From the NCBI GenBank assembly GCA_029960955.1, contig JASBVS010000018.1:4297-68296 (forward strand): a stretch of DNA of 64,000 nt, written 5' to 3'. This document shows positions 38,832-47,877 of the stretch, in pieces; the stretch's first letter is position 1; each line of letters starts with the position of its first letter. The position numbers and the translations under genes are program-made. Origin of the DNA: Bacillota bacterium. GTDB lineage: Bacteria > Bacillota > Sulfobacillia > JAIMAT01. Under the pieces are notes generated by a model, which worked only from the letters and a program-made list of their open reading frames with translations, did no database searches and was not told the DNA's origin.

Positions 38832-39907
38832 ACCGCCGCCTCCCGCACCTGTACGAGTTCCCGCAGCAGCGCCAGCGCCCGCTCGTCCTCCTCCGGCCGG
38901 CCGACGCTCCAGCGCAGCGCCCGCTCCAGGCGCGGCTCCTGGTCGCCGAGGTAGCGGAGCGCCACCCCCCGCTCGCCCAGCGCCCGCCAGAGCGCGCGCG
39001 CCGCCCAGCCCGTCCGTTCCGGATCGACCTCCAGGAGGAGGAAGTTGGCCGCGCTCGGCGCCACCGCCATCCCCGGGATCCGCCCCAGCTCGGCCGCCAG
39101 CCGCTCCCGCTCGGCGACGATGGCCGCCCGCCAGCCCGCCACCACCTCCCGCCGCTCCGGCTCGAGCAGCATCAGGCCCGCCTCGATGGCGGCGGCGTTG
39201 ACCGTGTAGGGCGCCAGCACCGCCCGCAGGCGCTCCACCGCCTCCGGCCGCCCCAGCACGTAGCCCAGCCGCAGGCCGGCCAGGCCGAAAGCCTTGGAGA
39301 AGGTGCGGCCCACCAGGAGGCGGGGATGGCGGTCGACCAGGCCCAGCGCGCTCTCGCCGGCGAACTCGAAGTAGGCCTCGTCCACCACCACCCAGGCGCC
39401 CGTCCCGGCCGCCGCCTCCACCGTCTCCAGCGGCCAGAGGTTGCCGGTGGGGTTGTTGGGCCGGCAGAGGAAGGCGAGCGCCCCGCGGCCCGCCTCCGCC
39501 TCCTCCGCCAGCGCCGCGCGGAGCGCCTCCGCCTCCACCTCCCAGCGCGGCCCCAGCGGCACCGGGCGCGCCCGCCTCCCGGTCACCTCCGCCACCGTCC
39601 GGTACATGCCGAAGCCCGGCTCGAGGTAGACCACCGCCTCGCCGGGGCGGGTGAAGGCCAGGACCGCCGCCAGGAGCGCCTCGTCCGAGCCGTTGCTGGC
39701 GAGCGCCGCCAGCTCGCCCGCGGGCGGCGCCGGCGCCGTCTCCCTGCCGTAGCGGACGAGCGCCGCCTCCAGCTCCTCGCGCCGCCCCGGGTAGCGGCCG
39801 ACCCCCCGCGCCGCCAGCCGCCGCGCCAGCTCCTCGATCCACTCCCGCGGCCAGGGGTAGGGGTTCTCGTTCCGGTCGAGCTCAAGCCGCTCCACGCCCG
39901 TCGTCAC
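38828..39907 (-). CDS. hisC: Histidinol-phosphate aminotransferase
   Basis: LDRNENPY; NGSDE; CRPNNPTG; VDEAYFEF; RTFSKAFGLAGLRLGY. Confidence 0.9.
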   Translation of the reverse strand: MTTGVERLELDRNENPYPWPREWIEELARRLAARGVGRYPGRREELEAALVRYGRETAPAPPAGELAALASNGSDEALLAAVLAFTRPGEAVVYLEPGFGMYRTVAEVTGRRARPVPLGPRWEVEAEALRAALAEEAEAGRGALAFLCRPNNPTGNLWPLETVEAAAGTGAWVVVDEAYFEFAGESALGLVDRHPRLLVGRTFSKAFGLAGLRLGYVLGRPEAVERLRAVLAPYTVNAAAIEAGLMLLEPERREVVAGWRAAIVAERERLAAELGRIPGMAVAPSAANFLLLEVDPERTGWAARALWRALGERGVALRYLGDQEPRLERALRWSVGRPEEDERALALLRELVQVREAAV

Positions 39908-41285
39908 CGCTCCTCGCGCCTCCCCCCGCGGGCCCGCCGCCGGCCAGGCGCTCGAGCCGCACCTCCACGCTGCGCGCGTGGTTCTCCAGGCCCTCGGCCC
40001 TGGCCAGGCGCACCGCCGCCCCGGCCCAGGCGGGGAGGCCCTGCGGGCTCCCGGCGAACTCCTGCCGCAGCCGCAGGAAGGTGTGGACGCCCAGACCGCT
40101 CGCCCAGCGGGCGGTGCCGCCCGTGGGCAGGATGTGGTCGGTGCCCGCGCTGTAGTCGCCGGCCGCCACCGGCGCCCAGGGCCCGACGAAGACCGCGCCC
40201 GCCGCCCGCACGCGCTCCGCCCAGGCCTGCGCCAACCCTTCCTCCGCCAGCAGGACCAGGTGCTCCGGCGCGATGCGGGCGACCGCACCCAGCGCCTCCT
40301 CCTCGGCGGGCAGGGCGGCCACCGGCCAGTCGGGCCCCCCGCCCGGAGCCCGCCCGGGGCCGGACGCCCCGTCCCCGCCCAGGAGCCGCGGCAGCTCGGC
40401 GGCCGAGCCGCGCAGGGCGGCGGCCACCACCTCGCGCCGGGGGACGGAGGGAAGCCGTCCGGCCAGCGCCCGCGCCACCGCGGCCGCCGCCTCGCCGGCG
40501 CGGGCTCCGGTGGCCAGGGCGAAGACGCGCGCCGCCGGATCGTGCTCCGCCTGCGCCAGCAGCTCCAGCGCCGCCAGCTCCGCCTGCTCCGGCCCCGCGA
40601 GCAGCACCAGCACCTCGCTCGGCCCCGCCAGGCCGTCCAGGCCCACCTCGCCGTAGAGCTGCCGCTTCGCCTCCGTCACCCAGGCGTTGCCCGGCCCGAC
40701 CAGGAGGTCGACCCGGGGCACGCTCTCGGTGCCGAGCGCCAGCGCGGCCACCGCCTGCGCGCCCCCCAGGCGGAAGACGCGCTCGACGCCCGCCAGCCGC
40801 GCCGCCACCAGCACCAGCGGGTCGGGCAGCCCGCCGCCGCGCACCGGCGTCGTCAGGAAGCAGGAGCCCACCCCGGCCACCCGCGCGGGGATCGCCGCCA
40901 TCAGCACCGTCGACGGGTAGCTGGCGCGCCCGCCGGGGACGTAGAGGCCGACGCGCTCCACCGGCAGCCAGCGGAAGCGGCAGAGGTTGCCCGCACCGTC
41001 CGCCCAGGCGGCGTCCCGGAGCGCGCGGCGCTGGGCGCGGGCGGCCGCCTCGATGCGCGAGGCCGCCAGCTCGAGCGCCGCCACCGCCTCGGGCGGCGCC
41101 TCCCGCTCGCCGCGGGCGCGCTCCTCCTCGCTCAGCTCGAAGGGCGCCTCCCCCAGCCCGTCCAGCCGGTCGGCCCAGCGGCGGACCGCCGCGTCGCCCT
41201 CGGCGCGCACCTCCGCGACGATGCGGGCGACGGAGGCGCGGAGGTCGAGCGGCTCGCCCGCGCGCGCCGGCCCCGCCCCGCTCAC
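39882..41285 (-). CDS. hisD: Histidinol dehydrogenase
   Basis: GLYVPGGRASYPSTVLM; GGAQAVAALA; GPGNAWV; AGPSE; QAEHD; APEHL; GDYSAGTDHILPT. Confidence 0.93.
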   Translation of the reverse strand: MSGAGPARAGEPLDLRASVARIVAEVRAEGDAAVRRWADRLDGLGEAPFELSEEERARGEREAPPEAVAALELAASRIEAAARAQRRALRDAAWADGAGNLCRFRWLPVERVGLYVPGGRASYPSTVLMAAIPARVAGVGSCFLTTPVRGGGLPDPLVLVAARLAGVERVFRLGGAQAVAALALGTESVPRVDLLVGPGNAWVTEAKRQLYGEVGLDGLAGPSEVLVLLAGPEQAELAALELLAQAEHDPAARVFALATGARAGEAAAAVARALAGRLPSVPRREVVAAALRGSAAELPRLLGGDGASGPGRAPGGGPDWPVAALPAEEEALGAVARIAPEHLVLLAEEGLAQAWAERVRAAGAVFVGPWAPVAAGDYSAGTDHILPTGGTARWASGLGVHTFLRLRQEFAGSPQGLPAWAGAAVRLARAEGLENHARSVEVRLERLAGGGPAGGGARSGDDGRGAA

Positions 41286-42001
41286 CGCGCCGCCACCTCC
41301 CCCGCGGCCAGCGCCGCCAGGCGGCGCTCCAGCTCGCCCAGGAGCGGGCGCTTCCAGCGCAGGCTGACCGGGTTGACGATCCAGCGGGCGCTGACCGGGA
41401 GCACTTCCTCGACGGCGACGAGGCCGTTGGCGCGGAGGGTGGCGCCGGTCTGGACCAGGTCGACGATGGCCGCCGCCATGCCGACCGTGGCCGCCACCTC
41501 CACCGAACCGCGCAGCTCCAGCACCCGCGGCCTCAGCCCGTGGCGCTCCAGGAAGTACCGCCGCGCGAGGCGCGGGTACTTGGTGGCGACGCTCAGGCCG
41601 CCCGCCTCCCCCGCCAGGCGCGCCGGCCAGCGCTCCGCCTCGGCGCGGCGGACGGCCACCACCATGCGGCAGCGGCCGAAGCCCAGGTCGAGCCGCTCCA
41701 GCACCCCCTGCGGCTCCTCGGCCAGCGCGTCCTTGCCCGTGACGCCCGCGTCGGCCGCGCCCTCGCGGACGTAGGCGGGCACGTCGGCGGGGCGGACCCA
41801 GAGCAGGCGCAGGTCCCGGCCGAAGGCCGAGCCGGGCAGGAGCCGGACCAGCTCCTGCTCGCCCTCCTCCCCGGGCACGTCGAGACCGCCGGCGCGCAGC
41901 GCGGCGGCCGCCTCCTCCGCCAGGCGCCCCTTGGGCAGCGCCAGCGTGAGGAGCGCCTCGCCCGCCTGCCCCCCGCCGCCGTTCAGTGCCGCGGCGACCA
42001 T
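41282..42001 (-). CDS. hisG: ATP phosphoribosyltransferase, short form
   Basis: LALPKGRL; DVPAYV; ATKYP; GSVE; IVDLVQTGATLRANGL; no C-terminal regulatory domain. Confidence 0.92.
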   Translation of the reverse strand: MVAAALNGGGGQAGEALLTLALPKGRLAEEAAAALRAGGLDVPGEEGEQELVRLLPGSAFGRDLRLLWVRPADVPAYVREGAADAGVTGKDALAEEPQGVLERLDLGFGRCRMVVAVRRAEAERWPARLAGEAGGLSVATKYPRLARRYFLERHGLRPRVLELRGSVEVAATVGMAAAIVDLVQTGATLRANGLVAVEEVLPVSARWIVNPVSLRWKRPLLGELERRLAALAAGEVAAR

Positions 42002-43248
42002 GCGCCCGCCCCTTCCTCTCCGTCGCTCCGCCGCGCCTCGCCCCGGCCCGGCCGGGCCGCCTCGGCGGCCGGGGGGCGGCCGAGCCAGCGCTCGCCGCCC
42101 GCCTCCAGGCGCAGGAGGCGCGGCGAGGAGCCCGCGGCGGCCGCCTCCCGCGCCCAGCGGAAGGCGGTCACCTCGTCGGGCGCCAGCGCCACGGTGTAGC
42201 CGGCGCGCCGGAGCGCGGCCAGGCGCGGCCAGATCGCCCCGGGCGGGGCCGCGGCGGGGAAGGCGACCACGTCGGGGGCGGCTTCCTCCGGGCGGGGGCC
42301 GGGACCGGCGAGAAGCGCCGCCAGCCGCCCGACGTCGAGAGCGAAGCCGACGCCCTCGCGGGCGCCGCCGGGAAGGCGGTAGCGGCCGCCGTAGCCCAGC
42401 GGCTGGCCCTGCGCGGGGACGGTCAGCTCGAAGACCGGGCCGGCGTAGTAGGGCCAGCGGCCCACCAGCTGCAGGTCCACCTCCAGCCGCTCGCCCAGCC
42501 CCAGCGCCACCAGGTGCTCCAGGAGCGCGAGGAAGCGGTCGCGCTCCGCGCCGCCCCCGCTCGCGCGCAGCCGCTCGCGCACCTGCGCCACCCCGCCGCC
42601 CAGCTCCGCCAGGCCGACGCGGTCGAGGCCGGCGGCGCGCACGTGGTCGCCGGCGCGCAGCGCCTCGAGCAGGGCGGAGGTGCCCGCCTCGCCGGTCTCG
42701 GGCAGCCCCGCCGCCCGCTCCAGCTCCGTCACCAGCGCCGTGTCGCCCAGGGCGACGCGGACGGGCCCGGCGCCCAGCGCCCGCAGGACGTCGACGGCCG
42801 CCCCGACCGCCTCCGCCTCGCCCAGCGGGCTGGGCGCGGAGAGGTACTCGGCGCCCGCCTGGCCGAGGGCCACCGGCTCGCCCTCCTCGTCCCGCCGGAC
42901 CACGGTCGTGGCGTAGGCGAGCCGCAGCCCGGCCCCGCCGGAGGCCAGCTCCGGGGCGCGCCTGAGCAGCGCGACGGTGGCGTCGTAGCGGAGGCGCCAG
43001 GGGCGCCCTCCCCCGTCCATCAGCCGGACCGCGCCGAACCAGCGCTCTTCCTCGCCCAGGTGGCCCGCCTCGCCCGCCGCTCCGCCCGCGCCTGCCGCGG
43101 GGCGAAGCTCGCCCTCCACGGGCTCCAGCAGCGGCGTCTCCACCTCGCGGTAGCCCCAGCGCGCCAGGACCTCGAGGACGGTCCGCTCGATGCGATGGCG
43201 GAGGAGGGCGGAAGCGGCGCCTTCCTCCCGCCAGGTCGGATCGGCCAT
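41983..43248 (-). CDS. hisZ: ATP phosphoribosyltransferase regulatory subunit (divergent)
   Basis: WGYREVETP; LRYDAT; QAGAE; YYAGPVFE; YGGRY; GVGFA; first gene of the operon, ahead of short hisG. Confidence 0.82.
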   Translation of the reverse strand: MADPTWREEGAASALLRHRIERTVLEVLARWGYREVETPLLEPVEGELRPAAGAGGAAGEAGHLGEEERWFGAVRLMDGGGRPWRLRYDATVALLRRAPELASGGAGLRLAYATTVVRRDEEGEPVALGQAGAEYLSAPSPLGEAEAVGAAVDVLRALGAGPVRVALGDTALVTELERAAGLPETGEAGTSALLEALRAGDHVRAAGLDRVGLAELGGGVAQVRERLRASGGGAERDRFLALLEHLVALGLGERLEVDLQLVGRWPYYAGPVFELTVPAQGQPLGYGGRYRLPGGAREGVGFALDVGRLAALLAGPGPRPEEAAPDVVAFPAAAPPGAIWPRLAALRRAGYTVALAPDEVTAFRWAREAAAAGSSPRLLRLEAGGERWLGRPPAAEAARPGRGEARRSDGEEGAGAWSPRH

Positions 43249-43268
43249 GGCAGCGCCCCCCGCTTCAT

Positions 43269-43288
43269 TGCTTTATCATGATAAAGTA
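43269..43288. promoter_or_regulatory. Candidate HisR (YerC) operator
   Basis: Perfect 16-bp palindrome CTTTATCATGATAAAG (43271-43286) between the his promoter and the hisZ RBS; matches the recalled HisR consensus YACTTTAN6TAAAGYR. Confidence 0.8.
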
Positions 43289-43303
43289 CCGAGCTTGAGC
43301 CTA

Positions 43304-43332
43304 ACCCTACTGCCGGCCGGCCGTACTGTCAA
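43304..43332 (-). promoter_or_regulatory. SigA-type promoter of the his operon
   Basis: TTGACA-N17-TAGGGT on the minus strand. Confidence 0.7.
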
Positions 43333-43387
43333 CACGGGCGGGAGAACGGAGCCGACCTGCGGCGGGGACCGGCGGGGGCCGTCACGC

Positions 43388-43723
43388 CTACCCGCCGCCC
43401 CCCTCCCCGCCCGGCCGCCCGCCGGCGCGCAGGCGCTCGATCACCCGGCGGTAGCCGTCGTTCCCATACTGGAGGAAGCGGTTGACGCGGGCGATGGTGG
43501 CGGGGCTCATGCCGGTCCGCCGCTCGATCTCCTCGTAGGTGAGGCCGTCGGCGAGGAGCTCCGCCACCCGGAAGCGCTGGGCCATGGCGCGGAGCTCCCC
43601 CACCGTGCAGAGGTCGGCGAAGAAGCGGTAGCACTCCTCCCGGTCGCGCAGGCTGAGGACCGCCTCGAAGAGGCGATCCATCTCCGGACTCTCGAGGGGG
43701 CTTTCGAAGGCCACCCCCGTCAC
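43388..43723 (-). CDS. yerC: TrpR-like YerC/YecD repressor (HisR)
   Basis: LFEAVLSL..ECYRFFADLCTVGELRAMAQRFRVA..TYEEIE..GMSPATIARVNRFLQYGNDGY. Confidence 0.9.
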   Translation of the reverse strand: MTGVAFESPLESPEMDRLFEAVLSLRDREECYRFFADLCTVGELRAMAQRFRVAELLADGLTYEEIERRTGMSPATIARVNRFLQYGNDGYRRVIERLRAGGRPGGEGGGG

Positions 43724-43798
43724 CTCCCCCGCGGACGAAGCGGCGGGCGACCCCGCAGGCGCCCGCCTCCCCGCCGATCCCCGGCCGCGCGGCCGGCC

Positions 43799-44896
43799 CT
43801 ACTGCGGCAGCGTCTGCGGCGGGACGATCTTGCCGTCGACGATCTGCTGGCGGAGCTCGTCCACCTGCCGGACGATGCTCCCGGGCACTCCGGCGATCGG
43901 CTTGGTGATGCCGACGCCGCCCGACTTCAGGTCGAAGACGTTGATGCCGCCCTGGAAGCGCCCTTCCTTGGCCGATTTGATCAGGTCGAAGGTGACCGTG
44001 TCCACCTTCTTCAGCGCGCTGAAGATGACGGTCTCGGGCGCCAGGTAGTTCTGGTCCATGTCGACGCCGATGGCGTAGACGCCCGCCTGCTTGGCCCCCT
44101 CGATCGCGCCGGTGCCGGTGTTGCCGGCCGCCTGCTGGATGATCTCGGCGCCCTGGGCCGCCTCGGCCAGCGCCAGCTCGCGGCCGGCCGCCGGATCGTC
44201 GAAGGAGTTGGCGTAGCGGAGGATGACCTGCACCTCGGGGGCCACCTTGCTGACGCCGGCCTCGAAGCCGGCGATGTAGGCGTCGACGGGCGGGATCTTC
44301 ATCCCGGCCACGATGCCGATCTTGTTCGTCCCCTTGATGCCGGGGAGCGCGCGCTCCTTCTCGATCAGGCCGGCCATGGCGCCCGCCAGGTAGCCCGCTT
44401 CCTGGTACTTGAAGACCGCCGAGGCCAGGTTCGGGATCCCCTCGATGCCGACGTCGATGATGGCGAAGCGTGTCTGGGGGTACTCCTTGGCGACCTGCTG
44501 GACCTGGTCCTGCATCAGGAAGCCCACCGCGATGACCAGGTTGTACCCCTGCTGCGCCAGGCCGGTCAGGTTGGGGATGTAGTCGGTCTGCTGCTTCGAC
44601 TGGACGACCGTCCCCTGGACGCCGAGCTCGCTCTGCGCGCGCTGGAGCCCCTGGTAGGCGAGCTGGTTGAAGCCGCGGTCGTTGATGCCGCCCACGTCGG
44701 TGACCAGGCCCACCTTGAACGGCTTCGCCTGGCCGCCCGGCTGACCCCCTTGCGCCTGGCCGCCTCCCCCCGAGGAAGCGCCCCCGCAAGCGGCCAACCC
44801 CACGGTCAAGGCGAGCGCCAGCAGCGCCGCTCCGCGCCTCCAGCCCCGGCGCCGCGGCCGCCCCGGGCCGAATCCTGCTTCCGCCCCTGCCTGCAC
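43799..44896 (-). CDS. BMP-family ABC substrate-binding lipoprotein (PnrA-like, nucleoside)
   Basis: Lipobox GLAAC; VGLVTDVGGINDRGFNQ; AGYLAG; IGVDMDQ; SALKKVD. Confidence 0.9.
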   Translation of the reverse strand: MQAGAEAGFGPGRPRRRGWRRGAALLALALTVGLAACGGASSGGGGQAQGGQPGGQAKPFKVGLVTDVGGINDRGFNQLAYQGLQRAQSELGVQGTVVQSKQQTDYIPNLTGLAQQGYNLVIAVGFLMQDQVQQVAKEYPQTRFAIIDVGIEGIPNLASAVFKYQEAGYLAGAMAGLIEKERALPGIKGTNKIGIVAGMKIPPVDAYIAGFEAGVSKVAPEVQVILRYANSFDDPAAGRELALAEAAQGAEIIQQAAGNTGTGAIEGAKQAGVYAIGVDMDQNYLAPETVIFSALKKVDTVTFDLIKSAKEGRFQGGINVFDLKSGGVGITKPIAGVPGSIVRQVDELRQQIVDGKIVPPQTLPQ

Positions 44897-44947
44897 GAAC
44901 CTCTCCCCTTCGCCCCCGGGCCGGTCACGCCGGCCCCCGGCTCAGCC

Positions 44948-45871
44948 TCACCCGCCGCCCGGGCGCCGGTAGCGGACGACCTGGACGGAGTGGCCGCCCT
45001 CCTGCGGCGGCCGGTCGCCCCGGGGTCGCCCCACCGTCACCCGCGCCCGGCGGGCACCTGGGAGGTTCTCGCCGACCGGAACGTTCTCCTTCGTACCCGC
45101 GGGATCGTTCGGCTCGGGAGAACCGGAGGGGGGAGCCGCCTCGGCCGTCGCTTCGGGAGCCGCCTCGGCCGTCGCCCCGGGAGCCGCCTCGGCCGTCGCC
45201 TCGGCCGTCGCCCGCACCGTCCCGGTCTCTTCGGTCTCTTCGGACTCTTGGACCTCTTCGCCGTGCCGCGCCCAGGCGTCCGCCAGGCGCCGGAGCCCTT
45301 CCTCCAGCCGCGTCCAGTCGGCGGGCGGCCTGGGCGCCTCGTCCGCCACGGCGCGCAGCAGACCGCGCACCAGGTCGGGAGCGCCCGCCTCCGGCAGGCG
45401 GCCCTCGACGCGGAAGGCCACCTTGACCCCGCCGCGCCAGGGGAGCCAGCGGGGCTGGCCGGCGAGACCGGCCTCGCGCAGGCGCGCAGCCGTCCGCCGC
45501 GCCACGCGCCGCGCCCAGCCGAAGGGAAGCGGTCCGTAGACGACGCGCAACGGGCCGCCTGCACCGCCGGGGACCACGTCCAGGACGACGAGAAGATCCT
45601 GCGCCAGCGGAGGTTCCCCCACCGTGCAGGCGGCACCCAACCGGCCCAGCCGCCGCCCGAGCTCGGCCGCCAGGCCGGCCGACCAGTCGCCGCGAGCGTC
45701 GAGCGCCACGGTCAGCCCGGCCAGCGACCGCTCCAGGCTCGCCGCCTCCGGACCGGCCGGCTCCAGGGCCATCCCGCAGCCCTCCAGCAGAAGCGCGAGG
45801 GCGTCCGCCCACTCCGCCGGCAGCGGGAACCGCTCGCCGTCGGGCAGGATCAGCTCCCGCACCGAGCCCAT
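44948..45871 (-). CDS. Hypothetical protein, possibly a degenerate Amidase_3-like fold with a repetitive tail
   Basis: LAGLTVALDARG..LAAELGRRL resembles the amidase start but lacks the GHGG His; ATAEAAP repeats; sigK-like promoter. Confidence 0.5.
   Translation of the reverse strand: MGSVRELILPDGERFPLPAEWADALALLLEGCGMALEPAGPEAASLERSLAGLTVALDARGDWSAGLAAELGRRLGRLGAACTVGEPPLAQDLLVVLDVVPGGAGGPLRVVYGPLPFGWARRVARRTAARLREAGLAGQPRWLPWRGGVKVAFRVEGRLPEAGAPDLVRGLLRAVADEAPRPPADWTRLEEGLRRLADAWARHGEEVQESEETEETGTVRATAEATAEAAPGATAEAAPEATAEAAPPSGSPEPNDPAGTKENVPVGENLPGARRARVTVGRPRGDRPPQEGGHSVQVVRYRRPGGG
45131..45212. repeat. 24-bp tandem repeat (x3 plus a partial 12-bp unit) encoding ATAEAAP(G/E)
   Basis: GGGAGCCGCCTCGGCCGTCGC(TTC/CCC) repeated in the sequence. 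Confidence 0.85.
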
Positions 45872-45888
45872 CGGGCCACCCCGTCGCC

Positions 45889-45917
45889 CAGCCTATGCAG
45901 CGCCCGCCGGCCCTGCC
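45889..45917 (-). promoter_or_regulatory. SigK-like promoter
   Basis: GGCA-N16-CATAGGCTG, 17 nt before the ATG at 45871. Confidence 0.5.
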
Positions 45918-45974
45918 TGCACGCGCCCGCCCGGCCGGCGGCCCGGAGGCGCGCTCCCCCTGCCCCTCAGCGCC

Positions 45975-46685
45975 TCAGTGGCCGAGGAAGAGGACGGAGA
46001 CCGCCACCCCCCGGGGGGTCGGCGCGACGCCCACGCCCACCGTGTCGAAGCGCGGATCGAGCAGGTTGGCCCGGTGCGGCGGGCTGCCCATGAACATGGC
46101 CATGGCGTGCTCCACGTCCGCCGCCAGAGCGATGTTCTCCGCGCCCATGAGCGCGGCCCGGATGCCCGCCGCCCGCTCCATGTCGACGGGCATCCCGTAG
46201 GTCGGCGAGCGGTGGTCGAAGTAGCCCAGCGCCGCCATCTCGTCCGCCTTCTCCTCCGCCAGCCGCTCCAGGAGCGGGTCGACCGCCAGCGGCCGCACGC
46301 CGGCCTGCACCCGCGCCTGGTTGATCAGCTCCACCAGGCGCGACTCGGCCGGCCGGAGGGCGGCCGTCGCCGGCTGGGAGCCCGCACCCGGAGCGGCCTG
46401 GAGACCACCGCCCAGGCCGCTCCGGGTGACGCCCCGCAGAGCCGTCGCCGGGGTGCCGCCGGCCGTGCCCGTCGGCTGCCCCGGGTTCCACGGCGACGCG
46501 GCGAGGCGCGGCCCGGGGACGAAGCGCCCCTGGGCGTCCAGGTACCAGGAGGCGCCGGCCGTCCCTGCGCCCGGCGGCGCGAAGAGAAGCAGGAGCGCCG
46601 CCGCCAGCCCCGCCGCCAGGCGGCCGAGGGGCCGGCCGTTCCACCGGCCGGGCACACTTCCGGCCCCGGTCTCGTCCATTGGCAT
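45975..46685 (-). CDS. Secreted CAP/SCP domain protein (YkwD-like)
   Basis: Signal-like hydrophobic stretch; LINQARVQAGVRPL..KADEMA..YFDHRSPTYG..GAENIA..MGSPPHRANLL..VGVG. Confidence 0.88.
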   Translation of the reverse strand: MPMDETGAGSVPGRWNGRPLGRLAAGLAAALLLLFAPPGAGTAGASWYLDAQGRFVPGPRLAASPWNPGQPTGTAGGTPATALRGVTRSGLGGGLQAAPGAGSQPATAALRPAESRLVELINQARVQAGVRPLAVDPLLERLAEEKADEMAALGYFDHRSPTYGMPVDMERAAGIRAALMGAENIALAADVEHAMAMFMGSPPHRANLLDPRFDTVGVGVAPTPRGVAVSVLFLGH

Positions 46686-46725
46686 CGCCTCCCAGGAAAG
46701 GAGTGGGATGGTGCCCGTGGACAGC

Positions 46726-47820
46726 CTAGCCTGGGCCGGAGGGGACGACAATCGGCAACTCCTGGATCGGATCGAGGAGGGCCCGGGGAAGCCAGCCCCC
46801 CTCCCAGCCGGCGTACCCCGTCAGAGGCGGCGCGATCCGCAGCCACGGCCCCGCCGTCGCCGAGTCCACCGGCCGAAGCTCCCAGGCCCCTTCCTCCGCC
46901 GCGAACCGCCAGGCGAGCGTGCCGGCCGGCGCCCGCCAGACGGCCAGGAGCTCCTCTCCTCCGCCCGGCCAGCGCCGCCGCACCACGGCCAGCCGTCCGC
47001 GGGGAAGGCGCTCCGACCCGGGAAGGAGCGCCCCCGGACCCCAGGCAGAGCGCGGCCAGGGGCCGGAGGCGCGGGCGCGGACCTCCACGGGCTCGCCCGG
47101 CCGGGCCAGCGCCAGGTAGGCCCGGGTGCCGCAGGGCACCAGGCCGGAGCGCTCCGGATCGAAGCCCTCCAGCGGGCGGAGAGGCAGGCGGAGCTCCCCG
47201 TCAAGCGCGAGGCCGCCGAGGTGGAGCGGCGGGCGCGGGGCGGGCGCGCTTCCTGCGGAGGAGGGGGCGCGCAGCAGGAAGAGGAGTTCGTCGGCCACCC
47301 CCGCGGCCTCGAGGAGCAGCCCCTGGGCCTCCAGCCCCGCCCCGGCCAGGTCGAGCTCCGCCGTCACCTCCCAGGCGGGGGGCAGCCGGACCTCCAGGCG
47401 CCCGGCCTCCCGCAGCAGGAGCAGCGCAGCCGAGGGTTGACCCGCGCGCTGCACCGCCACCGCCGCAGCGTCCACCAGGCCCGCGACGCCCGCGCCCGGG
47501 CTCCCGCAAGCCGTCTCCGCAGGCGCCGGGAAGGACCGCCAGGGGCCGCCGGGACGGGCGGCCACCCACCAGCCGGCTCCCGGCCCCCCGCCCGCCCGGC
47601 GCAGGAGGAAGAGCGGCGCCTCGCCCCCGGCGACCACGAGGCGCTCGGCACCCTCGGGCGGCCCCACCCGGCGGAGCGCGCCCTCCCACGGCAGGAGCCA
47701 GCCCTCGCGGCCTCCGGCCGCGCCGGCGCCGTCCCCTTCCGCGCGACTCCCGGGCGGCTCGCCGCAGACGCCCGCCGGCGCCGGGTACGGCTCGCGGCGG
47801 CCTCGTCGATCGCGGATCAC
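46726..47820 (-). CDS. Hypothetical protein (Trp/Pro/Gly-rich)
   Basis: Fills the gap co-directionally with the CAP gene; no recognisable motif; weak RBS. Confidence 0.4.
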   Translation of the reverse strand: MIRDRRGRREPYPAPAGVCGEPPGSRAEGDGAGAAGGREGWLLPWEGALRRVGPPEGAERLVVAGGEAPLFLLRRAGGGPGAGWWVAARPGGPWRSFPAPAETACGSPGAGVAGLVDAAAVAVQRAGQPSAALLLLREAGRLEVRLPPAWEVTAELDLAGAGLEAQGLLLEAAGVADELLFLLRAPSSAGSAPAPRPPLHLGGLALDGELRLPLRPLEGFDPERSGLVPCGTRAYLALARPGEPVEVRARASGPWPRSAWGPGALLPGSERLPRGRLAVVRRRWPGGGEELLAVWRAPAGTLAWRFAAEEGAWELRPVDSATAGPWLRIAPPLTGYAGWEGGWLPRALLDPIQELPIVVPSGPG

Positions 47821-47846
47821 CCGTTGTCCACCCGCTTCATAGGTTG
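47818..47846 (+). promoter_or_regulatory. SigK-like promoter
   Basis: CACC-N16-CATAGGTTG upstream of the AAGGAGGT RBS at 47861. Confidence 0.55.
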
Positions 47847-47877
47847 GGCTGAAAAAGCCGAAGGAGGTCTATGCGCG

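Noticed and set aside
45131-45212. Direct repeats as a possible CRISPR array
   Set aside because: Units are contiguous with no unique spacers, encode an in-frame peptide repeat, and no cas genes are present
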